DNA of 64,000 nt from Terriglobia bacterium (GTDB lineage: Bacteria > Acidobacteriota > Terriglobia > 20CM-2-55-15): positions 1,088,001 to 1,152,000 of the forward strand of contig CAXWPJ010000009.1 in assembly GCA_963664115.2 (NCBI GenBank). The letters run 5' to 3'. Each line of letters starts with the position of its first letter. The stretch's first letter is position 1. Shown one piece after another: positions 19,658 to 30,114 of this stretch. The notes beneath the pieces were generated by a model. The model ran no database searches. It was not told the origin of the DNA and saw only the letters and a list, made by a program, of their open reading frames with translations. The position numbers were made by a program, and so were the translations under genes.

Positions 19658-20380
19658 TCATTCCATCCAACCCGTAAACCTTTCACGGCTGGGCGGGTCC
19701 GTCATCCAGGAGGTATCGGGAAGTGGCAGTTCCTGCGCATCACGCACCGTCAGCCAACCCTGTTCCAGAGGCATCTGGCGCCGTTGGCCACGCCGCGTGA
19801 TCCATGCCATCTTTTTGCGCTCCTCGCACAACTCGGCTAACTCGGCCGTCGCTACGGCATCCTGCTGTACGTAAGCGAGGACTTCCTTGTACCTGGCCGC
19901 CGCCCAGGCCGCAGGCGCTTCGGCTCCGCTCATGTCGGCGAGTTTGCCTGGGATTTCCATCCCTTCGGCAGCCTTCTGAAGGCTGACGGGATGACCCAGC
20001 ACGCAGACGGCATGAAACAACATGTCGACATGATTCACGGCCAGAGCGATACACTCGGCACGCTTCGCAGACTCCTCGGCCAGCACGTCGAAGTCGAAGC
20101 CCGTACCGTTCCACGTGACGAGCGTGTAACCGTCACGGACATAGGCCACCAGGTCGTCAACCATTGCTCCGGATTCGGCCCCCGACATCTGAGGTGCCGG
20201 CTCACCGTTCGATGTTCGGCCGTACCAGGTCACGGTCTTTTTCGAGTCACTCATGCAAGCGGCCGCACAGCTGATTCCCAGCGGCCTGTAGGCGAGAATC
20301 TCCGTTGCATCATCGGGTAAGATCTTCGCCGTTTCGATGTCGAAGGAAAGGTAGCGGGTTTGGAATAAGCTCCGTGTCAT
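19658..20380 (-). CDS. RNase H-like (DEDD) 3'-5' exonuclease domain protein
   Basis: SFDIET, TWNGTGFDF, HVDM, Y..QD motifs. Confidence 0.82.
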   Translation of the reverse strand: MTRSLFQTRYLSFDIETAKILPDDATEILAYRPLGISCAAACMSDSKKTVTWYGRTSNGEPAPQMSGAESGAMVDDLVAYVRDGYTLVTWNGTGFDFDVLAEESAKRAECIALAVNHVDMLFHAVCVLGHPVSLQKAAEGMEIPGKLADMSGAEAPAAWAAARYKEVLAYVQQDAVATAELAELCEERKKMAWITRRGQRRQMPLEQGWLTVRDAQELPLPDTSWMTDPPSRERFTGWME

Positions 20381-20798
20381 GTTCTGGAAAAAGTCCGATC
20401 AGCCTTGCTGACTACGTCGATGATTTCATGTGCGTCTTCTCTATTTATCATCTTCATCCGCGGTTCACATCAGGTCCCGGCCGACTGATCCGCGTGAGGG
20501 GTCTCGACCGGGTGGCGCTGGAACCGAACCCTGCGAAGTCATGCCGTCTTTTAAACCACACGCGTACACGGCTGGGCAGACTTTCCCGCGCGTGTTCTTC
20601 CGTTTATTGTTCTGACTCCATACAGTACAATTTGTCCGAAACTTTGCGTACCTCGAACTGCCTCGAACAGGCTCGGACAGGACTGTTGCAGTGTCTTCCG
20701 AGGATTAGAGCTTTGCTAGACTGGAGCATCCTCGGCGAGGCCGCAAGGCATCGATTCCCGGTCGGAGGCTTTATTCCGATTCAGCAATGGAGAGACTT

Positions 20799-21893
20799 AT
20801 GAAACGAATAATCGCGCTTGTTGCTCTCGGCGTTCTTGTGTTCACGACGCCAGGTTCTACTCTGGGTCAGAACGCGGAGCTTCGCAATCTGGAAATCTAC
20901 TGGGTGGACGTCGAAGGCGGGCAGGCGACGCTGTTCGTGTCGCCGACCGGAGAGTCGCTGCTCTATGACACCGGATATCCGGATGAAGACCGCGATGCGA
21001 TGCGGATATTTGCGGCGACCCAAGAGGCGGGTTTGACACGGATCGATCATGTCGTGACCAGCCATTGGCACGGAGACCATGTGGGTGGACTGGCCGCGCT
21101 CTCCGAGATGATCCCGATCGGCAGGTTCTACGATCATGGCGAGGGCGTCGAACCCTCAGACCAGGCAAGGCTGGACGCGTACAAGGTCGTAGCCGGCGAC
21201 AGTCGGACGATCGTCAACGCCGGAGACACCATTCCTTTCGATGGCGTGCAGATGAGAGTGGTTGTTTCCGAAGGGCCGGTGATCGCTCGGCCGATCAATG
21301 GGGGCGGTCCCAACCCACTCTGCGCCAATGCCGTGCAGATGGGGCCGGCCGGACCCGAGAACCAGCGCATGGTCGGGCTGGCGCTCAACTACGGCGATTT
21401 CAAGTTCGTCAGCCTCGGTGATCTCGACTGGCAAAGAGAAATGGAACTGGCATGTCCCGTCAACAAACTCGGCACCGTCACGCTCTTTACGGTGAGCCGC
21501 CATGGCAGCCTCGATAACTCCGGGCCGCCGGCGATGCTCGGCGCGATCAGACCGCAAGTCGTGGTTGTGAACAACGGACCGCGAAAAGGCCTGGGTGCGC
21601 GCGACGACCGCGTGGCGACGATCACAGTCCCTGGCGTTCAACCCGACCCCTTTGAGCAAAATGCATACCTGAGGTTGGCGGGGACACCGGGAGTGGAAGA
21701 CATCTGGCAGGGGCACTTGTCGCTGCTGGATAGCGATCCCAACCACAACACGTCTCCGGACATGATCGCGAATCTCGAAGAGGGTGCCCGAGACCAGGCG
21801 CATTGGATTCATGCCTCGGTCGGGGCTGACGGCAGGTTCACGCTGACGAACAGCCGGAACGGATTCAGCAAGACCTACATGTCGCGGAGGTAA
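20799..21893 (+). CDS. Secreted ComEC/Rec2-like MBL-fold hydrolase
   Basis: DVEGGQATL, DTG, SHWHGDHVGG, GDL, HGS. Confidence 0.85.
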   Translation: MKRIIALVALGVLVFTTPGSTLGQNAELRNLEIYWVDVEGGQATLFVSPTGESLLYDTGYPDEDRDAMRIFAATQEAGLTRIDHVVTSHWHGDHVGGLAALSEMIPIGRFYDHGEGVEPSDQARLDAYKVVAGDSRTIVNAGDTIPFDGVQMRVVVSEGPVIARPINGGGPNPLCANAVQMGPAGPENQRMVGLALNYGDFKFVSLGDLDWQREMELACPVNKLGTVTLFTVSRHGSLDNSGPPAMLGAIRPQVVVVNNGPRKGLGARDDRVATITVPGVQPDPFEQNAYLRLAGTPGVEDIWQGHLSLLDSDPNHNTSPDMIANLEEGARDQAHWIHASVGADGRFTLTNSRNGFSKTYMSRR

Positions 21894-22123
21894 TCCCAAT
21901 AGCCATAGCGGGGACCAGATGCCGCTATCGTCGTGCCGGGTTGAGGAAGCCCAGCACGGGGTATTACGTATTCACGCGTTCGCGGTAATCAATCAATATT
22001 CGGTTCAGGAATCTTCGGACAAAACTCAGCGACACACCTTCGAAAGTCGTTTTTCCCTTTCGTAAGGCCGAATTTTCGCTTTCGGTCCCCTGGACAGTAC
22101 CCACCGTTCCATAATTAGAAAGC

Positions 22124-23752
22124 ATGTTGCGATTAACCGAAGTCAAACTGCCACTCGACCATCCCGCAGGCAAAATCGAAGCGGCCATTCTAAAGCGGTT
22201 GGGCATTCGGGCCGACGATCTGGAGAAATACGTCATCTTCAAGCGAGGCGTGGATGCGCGCAAGCCGAACGCGATTCTGTTTGTCTATACGCTGGATGTG
22301 ACCGTGCGCGAGGAAGAGGCGATCCTGGTGCGGTTCAAAAAAGACAGGCGTGTCAGCCTCGCACCCGATACCCGTTACCACTTCGTTGCCCGGGCACCGC
22401 TCGATTTATCGTCGCGCCCCCTCGTCGTGGGCATGGGACCGGCGGGTTTGTTCGCCGGCTTGATACTTGCCCAGACAGGCTTTCGCCCGCTGATTCTGGA
22501 ACGTGGCAAGGTGGTGCGTGAGCGCACCAAGGATACCTTTGGGTTCTGGCGGAAGGGCGTGCTCCACCCCGAATCCAACGTACAGTTCGGCGAGGGTGGC
22601 GCCGGGACCTTCTCTGACGGCAAGTTGTACAGCCAAATCAAAGACCCCAAACATTACGGCAGAAAAGTGCTGGATGAATTCGTCAAGGCCGGCGCGCCGG
22701 AAGAAATTCTGTACGACAGCAAACCTCACATCGGGACCTTTCGTTTAGTCGCCATGGTGGAAAAGATGCGGGCCAGCATACAGGCCCTGGGCGGTGAGAT
22801 TCGCTTCGAGAGCCGTGTGGACGATATCGATATCGTTGACGATCACGTTCGCGGCGTCGTGCTTGCCAGTGGCGAACATATTGCCGCCGATCATCTTGTC
22901 CTGGCACTCGGACACAGCGCGCGCGACACTTTCGAGATGCTCCTCCGGCGTGGTGTGTATATCGAAGCCAAACCCTTCTCCATCGGCTTTCGCATCGAGC
23001 ATCCACAATCGCTGATCGACCACAATCGCTACGGAAGAAATGCGGGCAATCCCTTGCTCGGCGCAGCCGATTACAACCTGGTGCACCACGCCAGCAACGG
23101 GCGTTCGGTATACAGCTTCTGCATGTGCCCGGGCGGTACGGTGGTCGCCGCGGCGTCGGAACCGGGACGCGTGGTCACCAACGGCATGAGTCAGTATTCG
23201 CGCAAGGAGGCCAACGCCAACAGCGCCATCGTGGTGGGCATCTCGCCGGAAGACTACCGGGTCGCTTCGCCCGATCCGGACAGCCCGCTTGCCGGAGTGG
23301 AATTCCAGCGGCATTGGGAATCACGTGCTTATGAGCTGGGTGGCAGTAACTATCAGGCTCCCGGACAACTGCTCGGTGATTTCATGGCGGGCGAACCCTC
23401 ATCGAAATCCGGCACGGTGGGGCCGTCCTATACTCCAGGTGTGCATTTCTGCGATCTGAGCACAGCCCTTCCCGACTACGCCATCGCTGCGATACGTGAA
23501 GCCCTGCCCGTCTTCGCAACAAAAATTAAAGGATTTGATTTGTCCGATGCCGTCCTGACTGCGGTGGAAACGCGCACCTCTTCGCCGATACGTATCGCCC
23601 GCAACGACAACGATTTCCAAAGCATCAACATCCACGGTCTCTACCCGACCGGGGAGGGCGCCGGCTATGCGGGCGGCATCCTGTCTGCAGCCGTGGACGG
23701 CCTCAAGGTTGGGGAAGCTGTCGCTTTGAGTATGACGTCTGTAAAGAAGTGA
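22124..23752 (+). CDS. FAD/NAD(P)-dependent oxidoreductase (uncharacterised family)
   Basis: VVGMGPAGLFA, GEGGAGTFSDGKL, FCMCPGG, ETRTSSP, GEGAGYAGGI. Confidence 0.9.
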   Translation: MLRLTEVKLPLDHPAGKIEAAILKRLGIRADDLEKYVIFKRGVDARKPNAILFVYTLDVTVREEEAILVRFKKDRRVSLAPDTRYHFVARAPLDLSSRPLVVGMGPAGLFAGLILAQTGFRPLILERGKVVRERTKDTFGFWRKGVLHPESNVQFGEGGAGTFSDGKLYSQIKDPKHYGRKVLDEFVKAGAPEEILYDSKPHIGTFRLVAMVEKMRASIQALGGEIRFESRVDDIDIVDDHVRGVVLASGEHIAADHLVLALGHSARDTFEMLLRRGVYIEAKPFSIGFRIEHPQSLIDHNRYGRNAGNPLLGAADYNLVHHASNGRSVYSFCMCPGGTVVAAASEPGRVVTNGMSQYSRKEANANSAIVVGISPEDYRVASPDPDSPLAGVEFQRHWESRAYELGGSNYQAPGQLLGDFMAGEPSSKSGTVGPSYTPGVHFCDLSTALPDYAIAAIREALPVFATKIKGFDLSDAVLTAVETRTSSPIRIARNDNDFQSINIHGLYPTGEGAGYAGGILSAAVDGLKVGEAVALSMTSVKK

Positions 23753-23964
23753 GAAATCAGATAGACCTCCCTCCCTCCGCACAGCCGCCCACCGCTGAAC
23801 GATACCGAAGCTCTCAATGTTGGTAGACGCTTTGACAGGTGGTGCCGACCTGCACACCGCCTGATATCCGCTGTGCGAACCCTCATCGGGTCGTCATCTC
23901 TTCCAGTCCTGAGTGCAGATTGCTGAATCGGCAAACAAAAACCAAGATTCCTACTACATATTCC

Positions 23965-24116
23965 TAATGAAAGACTGAATTCCTGCCGATACCTTCAACA
24001 TAAGCACGCATTTGCCCAAGACTGGGCAGGGTCGGTGGAAAGCAGCCGACCGGATTTTACCCGTCCAGAGAAGACGGGATTCTTTGCCACTTAAGTGTTT
24101 GAGTGGCTTGAAGGAG
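23965..24116 (+). promoter_or_regulatory. Possible sigma28-type -10 box and four-hairpin 5' leader
   Basis: GCCGATA at 23985; hairpins at 24013-24028, 24030-24051, 24060-24078, 24086-24107; AAGGAG RBS; -35 match weak. Confidence 0.4.
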
Positions 24117-24123
24117 AATCAAA

Positions 24124-25623
24124 ATGGGGAACGGAATAAATGGCATTGGAAACGGGGCGCCAGCCTCGTTGGCCAATGATCTGCTTACTGATTCGACAAG
24201 CGCGAATTCGGGAAAAGGCAAGGCGAATTCGGTGAACGCAAACGCAAACACCGATTCGACAAACAAACCATTGTCACTAAGAGAGTCGCGGAAGCAGGCA
24301 AGACAGGAACGGCGAGCGGAGCGACATGCCCAAAGAGCTGCTGCCAAGAAAGCGGGGAACGCAGCCGCCGATTCTGCTCGGGTGGACGCGAAGCAAGCCC
24401 GAAAAGCTGCGAGGGTAGCGGCGCGGCAAGCCAGCAAGGGTCGTCGGTCGGCGAAAAGAGTCGCCATGAATCGGGACACCGTCAAGCTGAGTGTTAGAGG
24501 CACGTCGACCCGGAGTCAAGGCCTTCAGGCTGAGGCTTCGAAGCCAGACGTCGTCACGTCCAAGTCTGACCCGGCGCAGAACGACTACTCAAGTATGAAA
24601 ACCACGTTCAAGGCCAGTCTTTCGCCGAATTTCGTCGATTCGAACAACGCTTCCTTCGGTGTCACGAACCCGACGACAGCGCTACACACTCCCACGTCTG
24701 GTGTGAACTTTGCGCCAGCCGACAAAGGCTCCGCCAACGGTCCGGTACTCTCGGCACCGACCAGTGCGGCCGGAGCAGGAGACAATGGCTTTACAGGGTC
24801 GTTGAATCCTCCTGTCGATCCGTCGCGAAACAATTTAGGACAGCCCCAAAAGGGTCTGGGGGCCGCACCCAAGAACGGCAACGGTCTGGGTCAAGGCCTC
24901 GGTCAGGGTCCCGTTAAGGGTCCGGGCATCGGGAACAAGCCGAGTCCGGGTCTGGGAAACAAACCGGGTCAAGGCATCGGGAACGGACCGGGCCAGGGCA
25001 AGGGAAAAGGGAACATTAATTATTCGGGCGAAGATCCGACCGGCGGAGTCTTCAAGGGAACGATGGAGGCCTTTAAGGGGCAGCTCAATTCCTTCTACGA
25101 AAAAGGCCCTGAAAAATCCGAAGGTCCGAAGGGTCCGGGTAATAACGAAGGATCCGGTAAAGGTGAGGGTCCCGGTAAGGGTAAGGGTTACGGCAAGTGG
25201 CAGAGTTCGGGTGGAGGCTACGCGAACGCAAAGGCAGCTCAGCCGGCCAACAAGCCGTACAAGTTTGCCGAACGTGGGCCGAGCCCCGCTCAGCTCCTGA
25301 GGTACTCTGGGAATCTGACACAATCGGTCACCCGAGGTCCCGTCAATATGAATGCCCTGAAACTCAATGTTGAGGGTGCGGACACCGCCCCTGCTGCCTC
25401 AGCTTCCGGGCGAGTCAGCATCAAGCTGGATGACAACTATCTCGAGACGTTGTCCCGCATGAAGGCAGTTACAGGTGGCAATCAGGCGTCGTCTACAAAT
25501 GAAAAGCTGAGAATTCCCAGCGTTCAGGAGTCGATGGCACAATTGTCGAAGTTCCACCGGGACGCATTTGGAGGCCAGGACGCGATCTTTACGGATCGGC
25601 CCTCGTTCTCCATTTCCGGATAG
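24124..25623 (+). CDS. Low-complexity, probably disordered protein (K/R/A-rich and G/P/K repeat regions)
   Basis: 499-aa ORF with strong RBS and downstream terminator; GLGQGP/GIGNKP and EGPGKG repeats. Confidence 0.75.
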   Translation: MGNGINGIGNGAPASLANDLLTDSTSANSGKGKANSVNANANTDSTNKPLSLRESRKQARQERRAERHAQRAAAKKAGNAAADSARVDAKQARKAARVAARQASKGRRSAKRVAMNRDTVKLSVRGTSTRSQGLQAEASKPDVVTSKSDPAQNDYSSMKTTFKASLSPNFVDSNNASFGVTNPTTALHTPTSGVNFAPADKGSANGPVLSAPTSAAGAGDNGFTGSLNPPVDPSRNNLGQPQKGLGAAPKNGNGLGQGLGQGPVKGPGIGNKPSPGLGNKPGQGIGNGPGQGKGKGNINYSGEDPTGGVFKGTMEAFKGQLNSFYEKGPEKSEGPKGPGNNEGSGKGEGPGKGKGYGKWQSSGGGYANAKAAQPANKPYKFAERGPSPAQLLRYSGNLTQSVTRGPVNMNALKLNVEGADTAPAASASGRVSIKLDDNYLETLSRMKAVTGGNQASSTNEKLRIPSVQESMAQLSKFHRDAFGGQDAIFTDRPSFSISG

Positions 25624-25655
25624 TTCGGAATTCGGTTCTTTAGCAGCAAACGGTT

Positions 25656-25693
25656 GGACACCCCGGGTGACTACACTGGGGTGTCCTTTTTTT
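25656..25693 (+). terminator. Rho-independent terminator
   Basis: GGACACCCCGG...CTGGGGTGTCC followed by T7. Confidence 0.85.
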
Positions 25694-25765
25694 ATCGGGA
25701 ACGGGGGAGCTTTTCCATGACGCGTAAACCGCAGGCTCCCCACTGGCCAATTCTAAAATAGCCGG

Positions 25766-26440
25766 TTAAGTTTTCCATCCAGTGAATACCACGTGGTGCG
25801 TTCCGCCTGTTCCGTTGCGGGTCTTGTGGGCCGAGATGCGGTGATGGTCGGAACGAAACCCGTTCCGCCGCAAACGAACGGGGAATTGCGGCGCGTCATA
25901 CGCCGACCAGATCGAGACCCGGCCACCATCTCGAAGCGCCCGCCGGATGGCCTGCAGACCGCTGTCGGTGTAGAGCCATGCATTAGGTTCGGCGACTTGT
26001 GGCGAGGGACCGTTGTCGACATCGAGCATGATGGCATCGAACTCGTTGTTGGCCGCGCGAATTACCTTTGCCACATCGTCCTCGACCAGCTGAACGCGCG
26101 GATCGTCGAGCGGGTGATCTGCGAATGTTGCCAGCGGTCCGCGGTTCCACCGAACGACTTCAGGGACGAGCTCAACCTGCACGGCCGTGCCACCTTGAGG
26201 TAGCAGGTCGGGTGCCCCACGCAGTGTGTAGCCCATACCCAGGCCGCCAATCATGACTTTCGCACCCGCCCTGAGTTTCTCGCACACGACCCGGGCCAGC
26301 TCGACTTCGGAAAAGTGCATCCGTGTCCCCATCAAGGGCAGGTTGTCCGCTTTGATGACGAACTCGCCGTCATGTTCGACCAGTTCGAGGCGGGTGCCGT
26401 CGGGCGAGACGGTTTCTTCGATTGTGGTCCAGGGTTTCAT
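25766..26440 (-). CDS. Spermidine synthase-like SAM-dependent methyltransferase
   Basis: IGGLGMGYTL, VELVPEV, DAIMLDVDNGP, WSA. Confidence 0.85.
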   Translation of the reverse strand: MKPWTTIEETVSPDGTRLELVEHDGEFVIKADNLPLMGTRMHFSEVELARVVCEKLRAGAKVMIGGLGMGYTLRGAPDLLPQGGTAVQVELVPEVVRWNRGPLATFADHPLDDPRVQLVEDDVAKVIRAANNEFDAIMLDVDNGPSPQVAEPNAWLYTDSGLQAIRRALRDGGRVSIWSAYDAPQFPVRLRRNGFRSDHHRISAHKTRNGTGGTHHVVFTGWKT

Positions 26441-26821
26441 AAGGGACTTTAGTTATCGGTGTAAATCCGGGTCATTGTCAACTCGAGCTGACGCCGCTGG
26501 TCGTTTCCCTTCACGGTGACGTTCAGGATCTATTCCGATTTGGAAGAGGTAGGCTGAAACCGATTCCTCACCGACAGTTGCGGGCGTGTTCTTTCCCGAC
26601 GTGGAAATCGGTTGCCTAAGCGTGATCGATTGAACTCGGTAATCTTCAGTGAAGGTATGGTTTGCCGATACATCGGCTGAACAGATCGGGTTCCTCAAGG
26701 TTTAGGTTGGGTAGAAGTAGCTGAAGCGTTTCCTCTGCTACCGGGAAAGGTCGAGGGACGTTGCCCAAAGGAGCCCGCGCAGGAGCAGGTCATACGTCTC
26801 TGTCTACCGCTGAAATCGATA

Positions 26822-26860
26822 CTCAAGTCCTGCCAAAGCATCTTCGCGGACATTGAGAAT
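26822..26860 (+). repeat. Bulged palindrome, copy 1
   Basis: CTCAAGTCCTGCCAAAGCATCTTCGCGGACATTGAGAAT. Confidence 0.8.
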
Positions 26861-27178
26861 TTCACACTCTGGGCAGAACCAGCCGAGTCTGTCGAGTCAT
26901 CCCCTGAAACTAACAACTCAGAACTGAGGCGGTGGGGCGAGTCGCTGTCGAGGCGTCGTCGGAGTCCTTTCAACACCTGCGATATCGTGACTCCAGACGG
27001 CGTGGCTTACGATTTCGGGTGGGTAACGGTGCCTGATGTGGAGAGATCGATGGGTCTTCATCCCGGCAGTGTGGCACCTAGGGAATTAACCTGACAATGC
27101 CCGCAGATTTTACCTATACTCTGCAGGGTGACACGTAGTTCCCGTGATCGATCGAACCGGCTTGCACTGGAGGGCCTT

Positions 27179-27976
27179 GTGAAAATACGGTCGCTTGCTC
27201 GATGGGTTGTCAGGCTTGGCGCGGTCGTCCTGTTGGCGTCTGGCGCGGCTTCTGCCGAAGAAGTGCGCGTGATGATTTCTGCCGGTTTTTACGGAGTGTA
27301 TGCCGAGCTGGGCCCGGCGTTTGAGCGCGCGACCGGCCACCGCCTGATCACGACCCGCGGCCCGTCGATGGGCGACTCTCCCGAGGCCATTTCCACCCGC
27401 CTTGCGCGTGGCGAGACTGCGGACGTCGTGATCCTGGACGGAGGATCCGCCGACGAGCTTGCCGAACGAGGATTCGTGCGCGCAGGCAGCAAGATCGACC
27501 TCGCGAAGTCACAGATCGGCATGGTCGTGAGCGCTGGGGCCGCGACGCCGGATATCGGCAGCGTCGAGGCGTTCCGGCGAACGCTGCTCGCCGCTCAGTC
27601 CATCGGCTACTCGGACAGCGGCAGCGGCACCTATCTCTCGACGGTCCTGTTCGCGGAGCTGGGCGTTGCGGACCAGGTACTGGGCAAGGGTCGAAAGGTA
27701 CGCGGGCCGCCGTCCGGGGAACCTGTGGCAGCGGTGGTTGCACGTGGCGAGGTGGAGATCGGTTTTCAGCAGGTCAGTGAACTCATACACGTCCCCGGCG
27801 TGACCTTCGTCGGTGCGATTCCGGCCGAACTTCAGCCCGGATTCACTTTCGCCGGTGCTATCACGGGTTCAGCCCAACAGCCGGACGCGGCGCTTGCGCT
27901 GCTGCAGTTCCTCGCATCGCCCGAAGCGGCCCCGACGATCCTGGAGCACGGGCTGACGCCACCTGATCGACAGTAG
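27179..27976 (+). CDS. ModA-like periplasmic substrate-binding protein
   Basis: Signal peptide; FERATGH, GETADVVI, SGSGTYL, GEVEIGFQQVSEL; GTG start behind GGAGG. Confidence 0.85.
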   Translation: MKIRSLARWVVRLGAVVLLASGAASAEEVRVMISAGFYGVYAELGPAFERATGHRLITTRGPSMGDSPEAISTRLARGETADVVILDGGSADELAERGFVRAGSKIDLAKSQIGMVVSAGAATPDIGSVEAFRRTLLAAQSIGYSDSGSGTYLSTVLFAELGVADQVLGKGRKVRGPPSGEPVAAVVARGEVEIGFQQVSELIHVPGVTFVGAIPAELQPGFTFAGAITGSAQQPDAALALLQFLASPEAAPTILEHGLTPPDRQ

Positions 27977-28042
27977 CTGAAACGGGTGGTGGTTCCCACT
28001 CGAAACAAGTTGTGGACGACGCCTTGAACATGGAGAAACGAC

Positions 28043-28156
28043 CAGATCAACGTCGTCCTGAATTTCTTTGAAGGACCGAAGGAACGGGTTCCCGTCCCGT
28101 AAAACCTTGAAATCCGTTCTCGAGTCCTGATAAATCATCTTCTCGGACCTTGAGAA
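28043..28156 (+). repeat. Kinase 3' stub plus palindrome
   Basis: QINVVLNFFEGPKERVPVP* (28043-28102); palindrome 28117-28156. Confidence 0.85.
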
Positions 28157-28209
28157 TTGGACACGCTATCACCTGCTTGCGGCGGTCATAAGGTGGTACA
28201 AGCAAGGCC

Positions 28210-29319
28210 ATGAAAACCATCATTAGATTTTTCGCGGTGCTTTTGTTGGCGGTAATGCTGTGGGGGCCGGTACCGGTCACGGGCCAGGCCCCGCCGTCCG
28301 CGCTTGTCAACCAGGGGGCAGAGGAAACGGTGGAGGCGGCCCGAGCGGCTTCCCCGCGAACGTCGGAAGAGACGTTTGCGTACTTCGAGGATGAAGTCGA
28401 CGAGGCGCTCGCAAGAGCAATCCAACGTGTCTGGGATCCCACCCGGCCTCGAGGAAGCTCCCCACGTACCCCGTGGGGCGACCCGGACCTGCGGGGATAC
28501 TGGTCGAACATTGCCTATACGCCCTTGGAACGACCCGACGAGCTCGCAGAGAAGCCGCTGTACACGAAAGAAGAAGCGATCGAGGCGTTCCAGGGATACG
28601 TCACCAGGGATGCATCTGTCGATCCGGCAACGGTGCATTATGATTGGACGGAGTTCGGGATGGACATCTGGCAAAGCCCGGTTCGACCGAACCTCCGCAC
28701 GGCGCTGATCGTGGATCCGCCGGACGGGAAGCTTCCCGCTCTGACGCCGCAGGGGAGGAATCGCTTACAGGCACAGGCGAGGGTTGACACACTAGAATCC
28801 CGGAGCCTGTACGAGCGTTGCATTACCGGGAGCCAGGGACCGCCAAGGATTCCTGGCAGACAGCAAACCGGTGAGTCTCAGATCGTCCAGACGCCGGACC
28901 ACGTGGTACTCACCATGCAGTCGAATAGTGATGTGCGCATCATCCCCCTGGATGGACGCCCGCGCCCTCCAGACAGCATTCGAGCTTGGTTGGGCGATGC
29001 ACGCGGCCGCTGGGAGGGTGATACGCTCGTCGTTGAGACGACGAACTTCCATGAGGAGCGCAAGTGGAGAGGAGCTGCGGGCAACCTGCACCTCGAGGAA
29101 CGCTTCACACGAATCGACGAAGCCACACTTCTTTACGAAATCACGGTCACCGATCCGACGACGTGGGAAGCACCATGGACAGTGGAGGTTCCCTGGCCGA
29201 AATTGGAACCGCCGGGGCTGTTTGAGTTCGCGTGCCACGAGCAGAATTATGGCATCATTAACGTCATGCGAGGCGTACAGGCTCGGGCAGCCGAATACGA
29301 AGCGGAGTTGGCGAGGTGA
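28210..29319 (+). CDS. Secreted hypothetical protein, DUF6152 partner family A
   Basis: PRTPWGDPDLRGYW, LIVDPPDGKLP, GRWEGDTLVVETTNF, EFACHE.N. Confidence 0.85.
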   Translation: MKTIIRFFAVLLLAVMLWGPVPVTGQAPPSALVNQGAEETVEAARAASPRTSEETFAYFEDEVDEALARAIQRVWDPTRPRGSSPRTPWGDPDLRGYWSNIAYTPLERPDELAEKPLYTKEEAIEAFQGYVTRDASVDPATVHYDWTEFGMDIWQSPVRPNLRTALIVDPPDGKLPALTPQGRNRLQAQARVDTLESRSLYERCITGSQGPPRIPGRQQTGESQIVQTPDHVVLTMQSNSDVRIIPLDGRPRPPDSIRAWLGDARGRWEGDTLVVETTNFHEERKWRGAAGNLHLEERFTRIDEATLLYEITVTDPTTWEAPWTVEVPWPKLEPPGLFEFACHEQNYGIINVMRGVQARAAEYEAELAR

Positions 29320-29393
29320 TCCACAAGGAAACCTACAAATCTTTGAATGGCCCAGAGCCGAAGAGTCGGACTTTATGGGCAACGGGAGCCACC

Positions 29394-29822
29394 ATGCGGA
29401 ATGCAATCACGATAGTTTGCACGGTTGTCGCGGGTGCTGCGTTACTGTTCTCAGCGCCGGTTGCGGCACATCATTCGTTTGCAGCAGCGTACGACGAGAG
29501 TAAGCCGGTAAACCTGCAGGGAGTAGTCACTCAGGTGGAATTGGTCAACCCGCACTCCTGGATCTGGATGGATGTGACCCACGAAGACGGTACCGTGACC
29601 AACTGGGGGCTGGAAGGGGGTCCACCGATTAACCTCTTCAGGAACGGTGTGACGAAGAATACCTTGCCGGTAGGGTCCGAGATCACGGTCTTTGCGTATC
29701 AGGCCAAGAGTGGAGAAAGCAAAGGCGTCGCGGTGTTCTTCGAGTATCTGGATGGACGAAAGGTGTTCATGGGCGGTTCTGCCCCGGGCGCTGATGGTAA
29801 TCCAAGCCCTCGTACTCGGTAG
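29394..29822 (+). CDS. DUF6152 family secreted protein
   Basis: AHHSFAAAYD, LQGVVT, VNPHSW, W.LEGG. Confidence 0.88.
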   Translation: MRNAITIVCTVVAGAALLFSAPVAAHHSFAAAYDESKPVNLQGVVTQVELVNPHSWIWMDVTHEDGTVTNWGLEGGPPINLFRNGVTKNTLPVGSEITVFAYQAKSGESKGVAVFFEYLDGRKVFMGGSAPGADGNPSPRTR

Positions 29823-29944
29823 AGTTCAAGCCGGAAAAGGTCAACCCGTTTTGGGTCGGTGAGGGCAGTGTCAACTTGGGCCTTAACTGACAGGCTCGCC
29901 CCATGAAATCCACCAAATCTCGCTATAACGGTTGCTGAATTCCA

Positions 29945-30114
29945 TTCTCAACTCCTGACAAATGATCTTCTCGGACCTTGAGAACCCCTGTTTTTGCACC
30001 TTTGTCAACGTCCGACAAGGTTTAACAGGCGTTGAGAATTTGATAGCACCTAACTTCCTGCCTTAGAATCTTTTACCGACTTTTTCACGGTTCTTTCAGC
30101 GACAAACCAAAACG
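29945..30114 (+). repeat. Inverted palindrome doublet plus promoter block
   Basis: Palindromes 29945-29984 and 30002-30038; TTGATA-N18-TAGAAT. Confidence 0.85.

Noticed and set aside
26453-26976. Two short minus-strand ORFs
   Set aside because: No recognisable motifs; one runs across a palindrome copy; probably non-coding or decayed
27977-28003. Extra kinase 3' stub (LKRVVVPT)
   Set aside because: Too short and not followed directly by a palindrome
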